Below are positions 45,801 to 58,512 of a DNA stretch of 64,000 nt, one piece after another (the stretch's first letter is position 1; every line of letters begins with the position of its first letter). The notes beneath the pieces were generated by a model. The model was not told the DNA's origin. It saw only the letters and a list, made by a program, of their open reading frames with translations, and searched no databases. This DNA comes from Azolla caroliniana (lineage: Eukaryota > Plantae > Polypodiophyta), in contig JBHGNT010000018.1 of assembly GCA_043228905.1 (NCBI GenBank), positions 13,330,001 to 13,394,000 of the forward strand. The letters run 5' to 3'. The translations under genes were made by a program, and so were the position numbers.

Positions 45801-48694
45801 CGAAGATGACTACCGTGGAAGTTCTGCTAGCCGTAGTTGCGGCAAAGGGGTGGCATCTACATTAGATGGATGTAAAGAATGCATTCCTGCAAGGTGATCT
45901 GGAGTTACAGGTGTACATGGTACAACCCCCCAGATTTCTATACAAATAGAACATTTCGGCAGTTTGCCGATTGAAGAAGGTGTTATATGGCCTTAAGCAA
46001 GCCCCGCAAAACTGGAACGCGAAGATTACGCAATGGTTGCGTCGAATGTGGTTTACGACATCCAAATCGGACTCCTCGTTGTTCGTTTGGCAAGGTTGAC
46101 ATGTACCGGTTTGTCTTTCGATTTATGTTGATGATTTAGTCATCGTCGCTGCCGACGTGGAAGAAATCCTCGGTGTAAAGTCTCAACTTGTGACATCGTT
46201 CGAAATGAAGGATCTTGTCGAGCTTCATTACTTCCTAGGGATCGAAGTGATCAGTTCACCGAAGGCATATTGATGAGTTAACGTCATTACGTGCTGAATA
46301 TGCTCTTCAAGTTCGGCATGACAAATTGTAAGCCCATCTCGACCCCTCTGGATAGAAACTATTGAGAGATCAAGCTCAACTTATTTTAGTTCGATGCCTA
46401 CGATCAGATGGAGGAAAGGAGTACTTCTCCGATGAGTTCACCTCCTACCTCCAAAGTGAAGGCATACGGAGAGAATTCTCATGCCGACACACACCCCAAC
46501 AAAATGGAGTAACCGAAAGGAAGAATCCGCAAATACTCGAGGTAGCATGCGCCATGATGCATGAGAAGCACATGCCGAATTTCTATTGGGACGAAGCAGC
46601 ATCCATGGTCGTCTATCTCATGAACCGGTGCACCACCAATGGAGTCCATGAGCTAACTCCATAGGAGCTCCTAATCAGAAGGAAGCCGATCCTGTCGCAT
46701 CTCAAGGTGTTCAGAAGCATTGCGAATGTACGCATCTCGAACGAACAACGACAGAAGCCCGACGCGAAGTCGGAGGAATGCATCTTCATAGGATACGCTT
46801 CCGAGAAGAAGGCGTACAAGTGTTACAACCCTTCTACCCGAGCGGTTCGGGTAAGTTGAGACGTACTCTTCGACAAGTCCGCATCGTGGTACGCACTCGA
46901 GACAACTACGACTCCGACTCCGCTCGACCCGAAATCCGCCGAACAAGAGGTAGAAGATGGAGATCGCTTCGAACACATGTTCGAAGAAAGTTCGATTACG
47001 GGAAAGCCTAGTGGGCCACAAGAGCCCCCATGCGACCCAAGCACGTCACGGTCAAGTACGAACTTGGACAAAGGCAAGGGCAAGATGCCCGAATACGAAG
47101 TCGATCACCTCGACGATAATGATTCAGATGGATCGGCTCCCTCACTAGACAGTGAGTTTGGTGTACCCATCATGCGTACACCCGGAGTAAAGAAGGCGCT
47201 CACATCAGCGAGCGAAAAACTTCGACGCTCTTCTAGAGAGAAGAATCCCGTCACTCGGCTTGGCTACAACGAGTATATGGCCCATCATTACGCCTTCGCG
47301 ATGAAGGTAGCGGCCGAACAAGAACCCAAGAGCTCCACTGAAGCGACTCATAACCCACGATGGGTGGAAGTAGTCGACCTTTGCCCACACACTACAAACC
47401 TTCGTCATCGGCTTGGGGGGGAGGAATTGAGATTGCCATGGCGAAGAAAGCCAAAAGTCGGACTGAAGCACACAAAGCCGACAAAAGCCAAAGCAGATGT
47501 CGGACACCTCACACTTGAGCTTGAGGGGGCATGTTGAGAGATCAAGCTCAACTTAGTTTAGTTAGTTAGTCAACACATGTAACTTAGTAGTTATCTAGAT
47601 AGAATCTAGTTAGTGTGTTGACCATAAAGCCTTAAATAGGATTTTGTACTTGAGTGGGATACATTGTAGATCCACCACTTCATGCTCATTTAATATAGGA
47701 CTTACACGTTGTACCTATATTCTCCTAACACATGTGCACCCTTGCACGTGAAACCTATATATACCTCATTGAAGGTATTTTTGTATTTGATGATGTTTTA
47801 TAATATACACTCTAGTTTACTCATCCCCCATCTTGTGTTGTTCATAAGTGTATCTCTCCTCTCTCTCTTCCTCTCACACACATACACACACATATCACAT
47901 AATCTTCCACACTTAACTTAATCACATAATTAGGTATTAATTAACTCTTAATTACTTACCTAATTCTTAATAGAAACGTAAAGCTTCGCCGAGATTGGGG
48001 AAAGGCGTGTGACCCGACATGGTTTCGATAGATTGTCGGAAGCCTCATCTACTCGACAATCACTTGGCCAGACCTCAGCTATCCGATTGGAATGATCAAT
48101 CAATTTATGTCACAGCCCACGACCGAACACCTTCAATGCACACAAAGGATATTACGATATGTCCGCGGCATGAAAGACATGGTGGTGTTGTATCGTGTAG
48201 ACGTAGCCGAGCAGTTAGCCGGCTACACGGATGCCGATTGGGCCGGAAATGCCCACGATCGTAGATCCGCATCCGGATACGCATTCTCATTGATCGCATG
48301 TAGCAATAAGAAGTAGCGAACAGTAGCACTATCGAGCATAGAGGCCAAATATCGAGGGGCGATAGTCGCTACGTGCGAAGACATTTGGCTAAAACGGCTA
48401 TTACAGGACCTGCACGTAAAGTTGTTCGATCCAACGACGATCTACTACGACAACCTCAGCAACATTCACCTTGCGAAGAACCCTGTGTTCAATGCCCGGA
48501 CCAAGCACATTGAGGTGCACTATCACTTTGTCCACGAGTGTGTCCTTTCTGGTGAGGTCGAACTGGCGTATGTTCCGATGGGTTGGCAGGTTGCCGACAT
48601 CTTCACCAAGTGCCTTGGTCTCGACAAGTTACGACATTTCTTGAGTGAGCTCGGGTTGCGTCACCTCGACACGCCAAACTTGAGGGGGAGATAG
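42896..48694 (+). pseudogene. Element K copia polyprotein, disrupted and split by L
   Basis: WYVDSGASNHM, LIHSDVWGP, MDVKNAFL, IYVDDL, GYTDADWAG, RTKHIEVHYHF. Confidence 0.93.
46360..47972 (+). mobile_element. Element L: deleted copia element related to K
   Basis: Perfect TSD GAAAC; 5' LTR reduced to about 32 bp; integrase fragment (SDGGKEY, TPQQNG); PPT; 3' LTR 47532-47972. Confidence 0.9.
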
Positions 48695-49213
48695 GAACAG
48701 GAACAAGAGCGTGAAAGGAGCGGTAGTGACTGCGATTCCAAATCGAATGAAGGATTCGATATCGGGCCGGCTGAAGAAGAAAACAGGGGCCGTAATCGAA
48801 AGGAAGAGCCAAAGACACCTGATCAAAAGGGAAATACAACCAAGAAGGGCATAAAGGCCAAAACCAAGACGTGGTATGATGTTGTCAAGGGCCTGAAAAC
48901 AGAAGACAAATTGGAGACAACCAATTCGAGCAAAAGAGGAATTAAATCGGAAATGACCAATTTAATCGAAATGTTCGATTCGGACATTACTAATTGACTG
49001 AGGGCCAAGTAGAGGAAAGGGCAACGGAAGAGGTGCCAACACCACGACAACAAGGGAGCTGAGAAAGGCCACATGAGCAGACAAGCCGACCAGAAGGGTC
49101 GAACCGTGCGGAATCGGACGGGTCAAGGAGCGCGAGCAAGGCGTGAAGCCAGGAGAGGCCGGAGCGAAGATCCGGAAAAGCAAATGGAACCGCAAGTTGA
49201 GCTTGAGGGGGAG

Positions 49214-49594
49214 TGTTGAGAGACAATCTCAACATTGGGTGCGTAAACAGGTACGTAACCCCGTACGTAGACTGGGTGCATAAAACCGTAAGCAAAATAT
49301 TGTTGTGGCGGTATTTAAATCGAAAGGCAGTTAGAACGTTATTCCTTGTAAGTAATAGTTTTGGGAGTTAGTGTAGAAGGCTCATTTATGAGCGGTCAAG
49401 TACTGTCAGTACTTGTGTCAACACGAAATATGTACAAAGAACATACAGAGAATTATTTTGAATATAGTTTGTAGTTTCTGCTCTCTCTCTCCCTCTCTTT
49501 CTCTGTCATTTTTGAGTTTCATGGAATTGTCGTACTACCGAACCGTGTACTCTATGTTCTTTCGCATATGCTTCCGCACACGTATTCTCTTACA
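49214..49594 (+). repeat. 3' LTR of element K
   Basis: Follows GAGGGGGAG; TGTTG...TTACA. Confidence 0.95.
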
Positions 49595-51329
49595 ATATTC
49601 CCTATGCTACATGTCCAACTGTTATGTTTTCGTATTCCCTATGTTTCATGTCCGACTGTTTTAATTTTGTGTGTGTTTAACATGGATGAGTTTTTGTCCA
49701 ACTACTTTTATTTTGTGTGTGTTTGACATGACTTGTACCTGCAACTTAGATTGAGTTGGCTATGATGATTTGCTAGTATTTTGATGAGTTTTCTTCTTGT
49801 ACACGCATATTCTTTCAACAAGAATAGTGAAGACCAGGACAATGGCGAGAAGGACACCCATAAAGAAGACATTGGTGAAAGAGAAAGTGAAAACACCAAT
49901 GAAGGAAAGAAAAAGGACGTCTATCAAAGAAAGCAAGAAGACACCCACAAGAGAAAGGGTGATGAACTCATCAACTCAGAGGAAGAAGATGTGCGACTAC
50001 ATCATTCGAGACACACCTCTCAGATGGCGTTATTTCCTTCAAGCACGACCTGAAGTTTATGAAGAGCTGAGAGAGTGGTTGATAAAAACTTGGGGGTCAC
50101 CACATCCCAACACAAGGCGAGGATTCCACATAAGTGGGTTGAAGAAGGAATATGTGAACTTATTGAAGACGAGATATGAACACGTTTATGATACTAATCA
50201 AATCTGTAACAAAGAGGTGGGTATTGTTTTTGCACGTGCATTTGCATGTGAAGTTCAAGGTGGCATCGACGTAGATTGGGAAGATTTTAATCGTCACCGA
50301 TCTGAACATGATAGAGGATCCTCCAATACCAACACTGGCTTGAAGTCATCTAGAACCTCTCATTTGGATATTCCGACTACAACACTTATCCACCAAGTTC
50401 AATCTGCGAAAGTAAGGGCCACAATGACTGAAAAGCATGAACAGATGATGGCCGGTTGCATAGCTTCCATGAGCTCAAGAATAAAAGCACTACTTGTTGA
50501 TTTGGAAGTAGTTAAATCAGCTGAGATACAGGCAGAAAAGCAATTCTCTTCAATAAAGACTACATATGAATGGATTGCATCGACAATCCAAAATTCAGAA
50601 AGTGAGGTGTTGGAAGAGGAGTTGAAGAAAGAGCTAAACAATATGGGCACTCAATTATGATCACAAATGAGAGACCATGACACTTGCAAAAATGCACATT
50701 GCGAACTAGATAATAAGTTGTTACTTATAAAGCTGCATTCCGAGAACCTTGCGTGCTTGACGCGGTATTTAAAATAGAAAGGTTTTGAAACTTTGTGTCC
50801 ATCTATAATTTAACACCCAAGTGGTATGGAAAGTACCATTACAAGTATAGCTATATCACGGTATTGGCTTTATAAGTTATTTATTTTTACTTATGTGGTA
50901 TAAATATCATATTAGCTAATATATTATAACAAGTGTTTGCAATTTCCCAAGTGTATATTTTGTGGCCTCGGATTCAAGGTTGAGGCTATGGATGTTGTAA
51001 TTACACCGTGCTTGCACACATATCATGTGCTATGTGCTAAGTATCATTTTGAGAAAGAAAATACATGTATGGACTATAAAAGTACAGTTGCTGCTGAATG
51101 GTACTATGCTTGGGGTTTAAAAGTACACCCATACGGTATGTGGCTCTACTATTCTATTGTTTGTATTATATGATGTCAATTTACATTTGGTTTAGAATTG
51201 GTTTAGGCCACAATTCATACTTAAAATTAGTAAAATAATGGATTAGTACTAGTGTACCTCCAAAAAGTAATATATGGAGCCCTATTTATGTATGTATGTA
51301 CTGGTGCATTCATCACATCCCGATAGTTG

Positions 51330-52245
51330 TGTAGTACTATCAATATATAATTAGTATGGGTAGTTGAACAAATATTTTCCACAATTAGTACTATTTGAGT
51401 AAATTGGGAACCAGGTGTGTAGTACATTGTTCGGGATTGGTACTAGTTATGTAATTTGAGAACAAGGTGTGTAGTACACTGTTATCGATTAGTACTATTC
51501 ATGTAATTTGGGAATTAGGAGTGTAGAACACATATCACGATTAGTACTACTTGTGAACAAAATACCACTTTAGTATTAAAGAAGGAAGTTGTTTAGATGT
51601 ATTTGTTGGATAAGTTGTTCGTCCAATCTATACAACTTGCCCGGTACTAGTTTAATACACACTATACTTGTAGTACATTGTTCACGATTAGTACTATTGT
51701 TGGGAATTAGTTGTGTAGTATATTGTTCACGATTAGTACTAGTTATGTAATTTGGGAACAAGGTGTTCACGATTAGTATTACTTGGGTGCAAAATACCAC
51801 TTTAGTACTAAAGTAGGGAGTTGTTTAGATGTATTTGCTGGATGAGATGTTAGTCCAACCTATATTACAACCTGCCCAATACTCGTGTAGTACACACTAC
51901 ACTTGGAGTACATTGTTCACCATTAGTACTATTTCTGTAATTTGGAAATTAGCTATGTAGTACATTGTTCATGATTAGTACTAGATATGTAATTTGGGAA
52001 CAAGGTGTGTAGTAAATTGCTGAAGATTAATATTGTTTGTGTAATTTGGGAATTAGGTGTGTAGAGCATATATCACGTTTAGTATTACTTGTGTGCAAAA
52101 TACCACTTTAGTACTAAAGTAGGAAGTTGTTTAGAGTATTTGTTGGATTAGATGTTAGTCCAATCTATATTACAACTTGCCCAGTACTAGTATAGTACAT
52201 TGTTCACGATTAGTACTAGTTGTGTAATATGGGAACTAGGTGAAG
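51330..52245. repeat. Intronic AT-rich tandem repeat (about 52-bp subunit, higher-order unit about 230-310 bp)
   Basis: Recurring TGTAGTACATTGTTCACGATTAGTACTA; AAATACCACTTTAGTA at about 51560, 51791 and 52098. Confidence 0.85.
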
Positions 52246-53434
52246 CCTGATGATTTAGTACTACAACTCTTGTGACCTACATTGTATTTTTTATATCACG
52301 GTACTAACATTGAAGGTTATTTTGTTTCTTGCAATGAATGTTGTAGTGTCAAGCAACTCCACGCCAGGGAAGGTAATGGAACAACTAGTTCTTGTGCCTA
52401 AACCCTTGGTATCTGCTGTACATTCCAAGGTTCAGGGACCTTCATTACCAGTAATCTATGAATTTATGATGAAGATGAATGTATGAGAAGGGCCATTGGA
52501 GCAGTGGAACATATGCTTCTGCAAACAAATTCCCCAAGCTCTGGTCAACATCACAACAATCCAGGTAACACAAATTGTGGTTCCACATGTTATTTCTCAT
52601 TTGTGTGTATGTTGAATGCCTGATGTCTTTAAAAAAAAGCCCACTAAGAAGAGGAATGTTGCAAGAAAGTTGTATGGAAAGGGCAAGAAAGGCAAAGTTG
52701 AATGCAGTGGTGAGTCATATATGTTCTCTCTTGTCTAGAGAGTTGTCAACCTAATGCATTGTCAAATATCATGTACTTGTGTTACTAGCTGATGACGAAA
52801 TGATATTAGGAGAGGGAGATACCAGTCCAAAGTCTGATCATGAATACAAATTTATCACACTCCTAGGTCCACGTCAAAAGCCCTCTATAACAACCCTATT
52901 ATAGTGGTGCTTTTGGTGCATTCTATACATACTATTATGAAAGCTTCTATTGACAATGAGCTCCAACCTATGATTGGCATCATCCCTAAATCTAATGAGC
53001 ACTTAGATGTTGTGGAAAAGATGATTGACCCTACCACTTGCAATGGGTTGTCTACAGTTGAACAGTATGATGACGTAACAATAGGTAAAAATGTGGCTAC
53101 TAACCTCCTATGTTCATAGTTACTGGTATGTTTGCAAACTTTTGAGTATGTGAGTTGATACTAAAATTCTCTAGGATCCCATTATTTAGGTTTACAAGAG
53201 TAGTCCGATTCCCAATTGTAATCAAACGAATCGGGAACTATATGGAGCACAAGTGAAGAGTCAGATTCTGGGACTAACCTTTGCACGGAGGCAGACTCTG
53301 GAAGCACATCTTCCAGACATGAGGACTGTGAAAAGAAGGAAGCAGAAGCATTCATATTTGAAGAGCAGTTGGCATGTACAAACAACAATTTTTCTAAAGA
53401 AGCCCATGAGGAGTGTGGAAAGGATAACACTAGT

Positions 53435-53930
53435 ACTGAAGAGGAGCCTTATTGTACTAAGAACAAGCATACTAGCATCACCCATGAGGACCGGGCAACA
53501 TAAAGACCACCCAAGAAGGGGAGCACAGTTTTCTTAAGAATGAGGTGACAACCACCGTACAAGAGGAGTTGACCATGAGTACTGCCAGAGCCCACATACA
53601 TCAACCTGATTGTACTAAGAATTTGCATACTAGCATCACCCATGAGGATAGGGCAATAAAGACCACCCAAGAAGGGGACCATGGTGGTCTTAAGAATGAG
53701 GTGACTATCACCAGCCAAGAGGAGTTCACCATGAGTACTGCTACAACCCACATACAGGAGCCTAATTGTACTAAGAACGAGCATACTAGCATCACCCATG
53801 AGGACAAGGCAATCAAGACCACCCAGGAAGGCACCCAGGAAGGGGAGCATGATGGTCTTAAAAATGAGATGACTATCATCACCATCTAGGAGTTGACCAT
53901 GAGTACTACCACAACCCACATACAGGAGCA
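53435..53930. repeat. Three or more copies of a roughly 160-bp coding tandem repeat
   Basis: TTGTACTAAGAA..CATACTAGCATCACCCATGAGGA at about 53451, 53609 and 53766. Confidence 0.85.
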
Positions 53931-54264
53931 ACAACATGTGGAGAACAAGATGAGTGATAATTTGACTATCAACAGTACCTTTGTGGATGTGTGTACAAGC
54001 ATTGCAGTTGTAGAAAACACAGTTGCTCCCTCAAGCTTGCCACTGGTACAAGGTACCCGTACATCCACCCCTATCTTTGATGCCTCTGATGATGAAGTGC
54101 CACTTAGTAAACTGATACCTAAAGGCTTTAAGACAAAGAAGAATGTAAAGTCACAAAAGACTGGCACCAATAACAAGTGCATTACAAGATCGGCGAAATT
54201 GTGAAATGGTGCCTAATTTTCTTTCTATTGAGAAGTTTGTACTTGAACTATAGTTGAACTATTA

Positions 54265-54627
54265 GTGATGTCTGTTCTTGAACTATTTGTAATACCAAAA
54301 TACTGTCTAAATTGCTAATGTGAAATGTTGTACTGACTCTAGTTCACTCATCTAGTGTTGTTAGCATAATGTGAAATTCTATATTGCTAATTGTAGAGAT
54401 TGAGAATGTATTCTATTGTCAATTGTCATGCAACCATGATTGTGTTGAATTACAACTGAATTGTTCGTGATGTCTGTACTTGAACTATTTGTAATACCAA
54501 AATACTGTCTAAATTGCTAATGTGAAATGTTGTATTGACTCCAGTTCACTCATCGAGTGTTGTAAGAGGAATGTGAAATTCTATATTGCTAATTGTAGAG
54601 AATGAGAATGTATTCTATTGTCAATTG
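54265..54627. repeat. Roughly 200-bp tandem duplication; the second copy is split by G and resumes at 62888
   Basis: TTGAACTATTTGTAATACCAAAATACTGTC occurs twice; the first copy preserves the empty-site sequence TCAATTGTCATGCA. Confidence 0.85.
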
Positions 54628-54920
54628 TGTTACCCGTGAGAATATACGGGGAGGCATTAGGGTATGTGTAATGATGTGGTTGATGTGTATGTGTATTATA
54701 AATGAATGTATGAGGATGAGTATGTGTATGAACACATGCATATTTGTGTGCATGTGTACAAAGGTGAGAAAGTGGGTAAGTAATGTAACTCCCTACTTGT
54801 CTCATTCTTTATTTGTAATGGTTATCTCTTGTACTATATAGACCCCACCCATGGGGCATAATGAGATATAGATTTTTCCCCTCTCATTTTTGTGTCATTT
54901 TGTATTTTCACTTCCTTCTC

Positions 54921-54963
<43 letters not shown>

Positions 54964-55021
54964 TAACCCCCTTGGGAGGGGGGTGAAGCCATTCTAAGCT
55001 TCATCCCCCACCCCAACAACA
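54628..55021 (+). repeat. Left LTR of element G
   Basis: TGTTACCC...CAACA; TATATAGA at 54835; homologous to the reverse complement of the H LTR. Confidence 0.85.
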
Positions 55022-55025
55022 CTTT

Positions 55026-55068
55026 TGGCACGCCCGATGGGACAGTGCCATGGCACGTCGGACCCATC
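55026..55068 (+). promoter_or_regulatory. tRNA-Arg-type PBS / tRNA-like module of element G
   Basis: TGGCACGCCCGATGGGAC, 4 nt after the LTR, followed by the conserved hairpin. Confidence 0.8.
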
Positions 55069-55069
55069 C

Positions 55070-56512
55070 TTCTGTTCATCCTCCAAGATGTCCAGGATGT
55101 TCGGCTCCACTCGTACATTCTGGTCCGGAGACGACGTAATGTCCGTAGGTGTTTCGTTGCTTTGCTACGCATCATGTCCTTGCTTGGCCGTTGTGGGGGT
55201 TTCTATGTTGTCAACTTCTCCATACGTGGTTGGACCCGACTGTGCTGGCTCATTCCTTTCTACTAGGGTTGGCTCTTCCGTCTGTGGGCAAGCGGTTGGC
55301 TGAGGCTCTGTCCTGTCCATATCGTCCACAATGTTGTCTAGCGTAGTTGTCATATCCGATGAAATAGGGTGAGGTCCCCGTGCTCGGTGGAATTGGTATC
55401 AGGTACTGTAATTGGCTCGGTACGCTGTTGTTCACTCCTAATCTCCATTAGTCGACTAAAAATATCTTCTTGACTTTCCCCGAAGTCATCTAACAGTTGT
55501 GCGAGTTCCTCGGAGTGTTGGTCCACTAGTGTGCGATAATCCTGTGCTAGGTCCTCGCATACTGCCACAATGCCTTCCTCATTGAGTTTGTAGAAAACTC
55601 GACCTTCTTTCCTTTGGTTCTCCCAGTCTGCCCGGTAGGTATGCAACTCCGCTGCTTGTTTAGCCCACGCCATCCAGCCTTTGTCTAGCGTTGTTTTTAA
55701 TTGCGCAGTAAACCTCTCCCAATTTGTTTGAAGAAGTATGCATACATTATCTGTTATCGCTTGGGAGCGGTTTTGCGCTTCTTCTAGGGTTTTTTTGAGG
55801 TTTTCGATTTCTTGCTTATTAATTGTAGCTGCTTCCTCATAATGGCTTTTCATCTTTGCCCATATCTAGGATTATTTCAAGTGTAGTTCCTCTAGCCGAC
55901 CCATTTCATTGTTCAAGCGGACTTCTACCTGATGTGTCACCTCCCGTTCCCGTACGAGTTGCTCGTCGTACCACGCTTTCTTCTTTTCCAATAACTCCTG
56001 GAATCCTGTGATCGCCACTTCCGACTTTTGGGCTTCCTCCCATAGCTTATTGTTTTCTTCTTTCGTGCTGGTGTGCGTTGTTGTCTCTGCTTCAAGTTTA
56101 TCTTCTAGTTCCTTTATTGCCCTTCGGCCTTTAGCCCGGATGTCCGTTTCCCTGTCGGAGGATTGGTGGAGTTCAACACGGAGGCAGTCAATCTCGGACT
56201 CCGCAAGCTGTGTAGCCCTTTTTGCTTTAGCGGCGATGGCCTTCTGTGCTGCAATCTCCTCTTGCAGGGTTATCGATGCTTCTTCGCTGGATGTTGGTTT
56301 GGGGTTTTGTGGTGCCATAGTGACATTGTGTTCTAACTCCGCAATGCGCTCTTGGGCCTTCTGTAATTGGGCTTGAGTCAGTTTGACTGTTTTCCAAACG
56401 TCTTTATTCTTGATAGCCATATCCTTGGCACCTATACTGACTCTAGCCAATTCACGATGTGCTTCGACAAGGGCAACATTCAATGGGGGTATTTCAATGC
56501 CCATACGCCGAA
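55070..56512 (-). pseudogene. Element G extra ORF, C-terminal coiled-coil part
   Basis: WAKQAAELHTYRADWENQRKEG matches F WAQNAAELQLLRADVANRRKEG; ends ILDILED. Confidence 0.85.
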
Positions 56513-56517
56513 TCCCC

Positions 56518-57069
56518 TGTTTTACGTTTTAGGGTTATGGTTAATATATTATTATGATGATTATTGATTATGATGATTGATATGGCGTAATAGTGAAGAT
56601 GGTGGAGAGTATGATGGTGAGAGAGATTGACATGAAGATGTTGAGAATTATTGAGAAGCATTGCGGGGTAAGGATGACATTGATGCACATTGCGGGTTGG
56701 GGGGTGGTGCCTAGAATAGCTCCACCCCCCTCCCAAGGGGGTTCAACGTTGAGGGGGAGAGAGAGAGAGAGAGAGAGATGAAAAGAGAGATAGAGAGAAA
56801 TGTTCATTCATTCATTCATTCCCCATAAAGGGGTTAAATAGTACAAGAGGGGGTAGATACAAAGGGGTGTAAGCCCCCTAGAGCATTCATATTGGACACT
56901 CACTCACACCTCATCGTATCCCTCCACATGCACACACGTGTGCATGTGTTCACATACATATCGACTCACAATTACATTTATGTTCCCTACACATATACAA
57001 CATCATCATGATAATATTCGACCCTCGCTCATCACACTTGACTCTCCGTACAGCTCGTACGGGGTAACA
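56518..57069 (-). repeat. 3' LTR of element H
   Basis: Direct repeat of 61094-61663. Confidence 0.95.
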
Positions 57070-57074
57070 CAATA

Positions 57075-57116
57075 TGGCACGCCCGTTGGAAAGTGCCTTG
57101 CACGTCGATCCCACAT
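57075..57116 (-). promoter_or_regulatory. tRNA-3'-end-like module in place of the PPT of element H
   Basis: Sense ATGTGGGATCGACGTGCAAGGCACTTTCCAACGGGCGTGCCA, 5 nt before the LTR. Confidence 0.75.
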
Positions 57117-58512
57117 GCCTTGATGATGATATCTCTTCGACCGGAACTTCCATCGGTCCTTTCAATGATCGACTCCCTTGATCGGAGCACTTGACTCGAT
57201 CATCTCCATCGGTCAGCGACTTTTCCGCGACACGAACATTCTCATTCTGTCGTCTTACGAACTTTGGTATCCTCTTTTGGGTCCTTAAAAATGTTGTGTG
57301 TATGTATGTTATTCTTTGTTGATTTTGTGAGTTGTCGTGGTCGATCACGTCCATTTCTTTAGGTGGATGAGATTTCAAAATTTCATAGGTGCCCTTTGAT
57401 TTTTAAAATTTTCTTATATACCCTCAGGTTTTTACAATTATGTTTGATACCCTCATCTTTCTTTTTCTTCTTTCCTTCTCTTCTTTCCCTCTTCTTTTTC
57501 ATTTCTGTTACTACTTCTTTCTTTCTTTCTCGCCTGCTTTCTTCTTCCTCATTCTTTCTTCCCGTTCTTCCTTATTCTTCCGTCTATGCCTTTCTCTCTC
57601 TTCTTTCTGTTTCTCAGACTTCATCATCTTCTTCTTTCTCTTCTTCATTCACCACTGCTATGTCCATTGTCCATGGCTGTCACTCTGTTTGTCTGTATGG
57701 CCTTCTTTGTTCTTCTCCGTCTTGGTCTTTATTTTTGTTTCTGTTTCCATCTCTGGCTGCGGTTCTGTCGCCGTCGCAGTCAGTGTCCTCCGATGTTCGG
57801 ATGTGGCTGTCCGGCCACCACTTTCCGTTGTTGTTCTACCATCGTGTGGCGTCGTTGCCGTCTCTCGCGGCCCTGTCCAGCCATTCTCTGGGCTAGCATC
57901 TCTATCCGGCTATCTCTATTCCTTACTACCGTCGGTTGTCTAGCCGCCAACACGTCGGTTGCTCCGGCCACTTTATTCAATCGTCGTCCGGATGACGTTC
58001 GACTGCCGTCTTGTTCGACCATTCCGGCCGCTCTCTGGCTTCTGTCGGTTGGTGATGACCGTTCTTGAAGCCCCTCTCGTCGTCGTCGGCCCTGTCCGGC
58101 TGGTCTGCAGTCGCGTGGTTGTTGTACTGTTGGCCGGACTAGCCCCAACACAGGTGTCTTTCCAACACTTCTCCAAACGGGTGGTAAGGCTAGGATGTTA
58201 GAACACACGCGTAAGATAATTATAATTAGCACAGACGGTAAGACAATACAGACACTAAGATAATTACGCAATGGCTAAACTTGTATTACTTCCATAAAAA
58301 TCATTACAATTGATCGGATCCTTTTATAGGCATCCGACAAGGTTACAAAACGGTGTGCTTAGGCAACCAGCATCCGAATCGGTCCAGATCCGGATCGGTA
58401 CAACTGTACCGGATCCGTCCCTCCGAATAATAATCCTACTAATATTTACTTATTATTTCTCTATCCGATTCCGGCTTCCCACTTGTCCTTCCTCTTTTGA
58501 CCGGCCAACACA

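Larger units (their letters stand above)
41570..49594 (+). mobile_element. Element K: Ty1/copia LTR retrotransposon with a nested solo LTR and element L
   Basis: LTRs 41570-42792 and 49214-49594; perfect TSD ATATT; PBS 42793-42804; PPT 49205-49213. Confidence 0.95.
49842..54204 (+). pseudogene. Decayed multi-exon gene with coiled-coil and RING-finger regions and a repetitive C-terminal exon (host- or DNA-transposon-derived)
   Basis: ORF 49842-50660; RING-like CIFC..CLHTYHVLC..C at 50937-51135; GT-AG-bounded AT-rich introns; in-frame stops; last exon about 53190-54204. Confidence 0.55.

Noticed and set aside
51330-52245. CRISPR-like repeat array
   Set aside because: Degenerate tandem units without unique spacers, eukaryotic context and no cas genes.
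57363-58068. Hydrophobic Ser/Phe/Leu-rich ORFs resembling membrane proteins
   Set aside because: Artefact of CT-rich low-complexity sequence, which is open in all three + frames.
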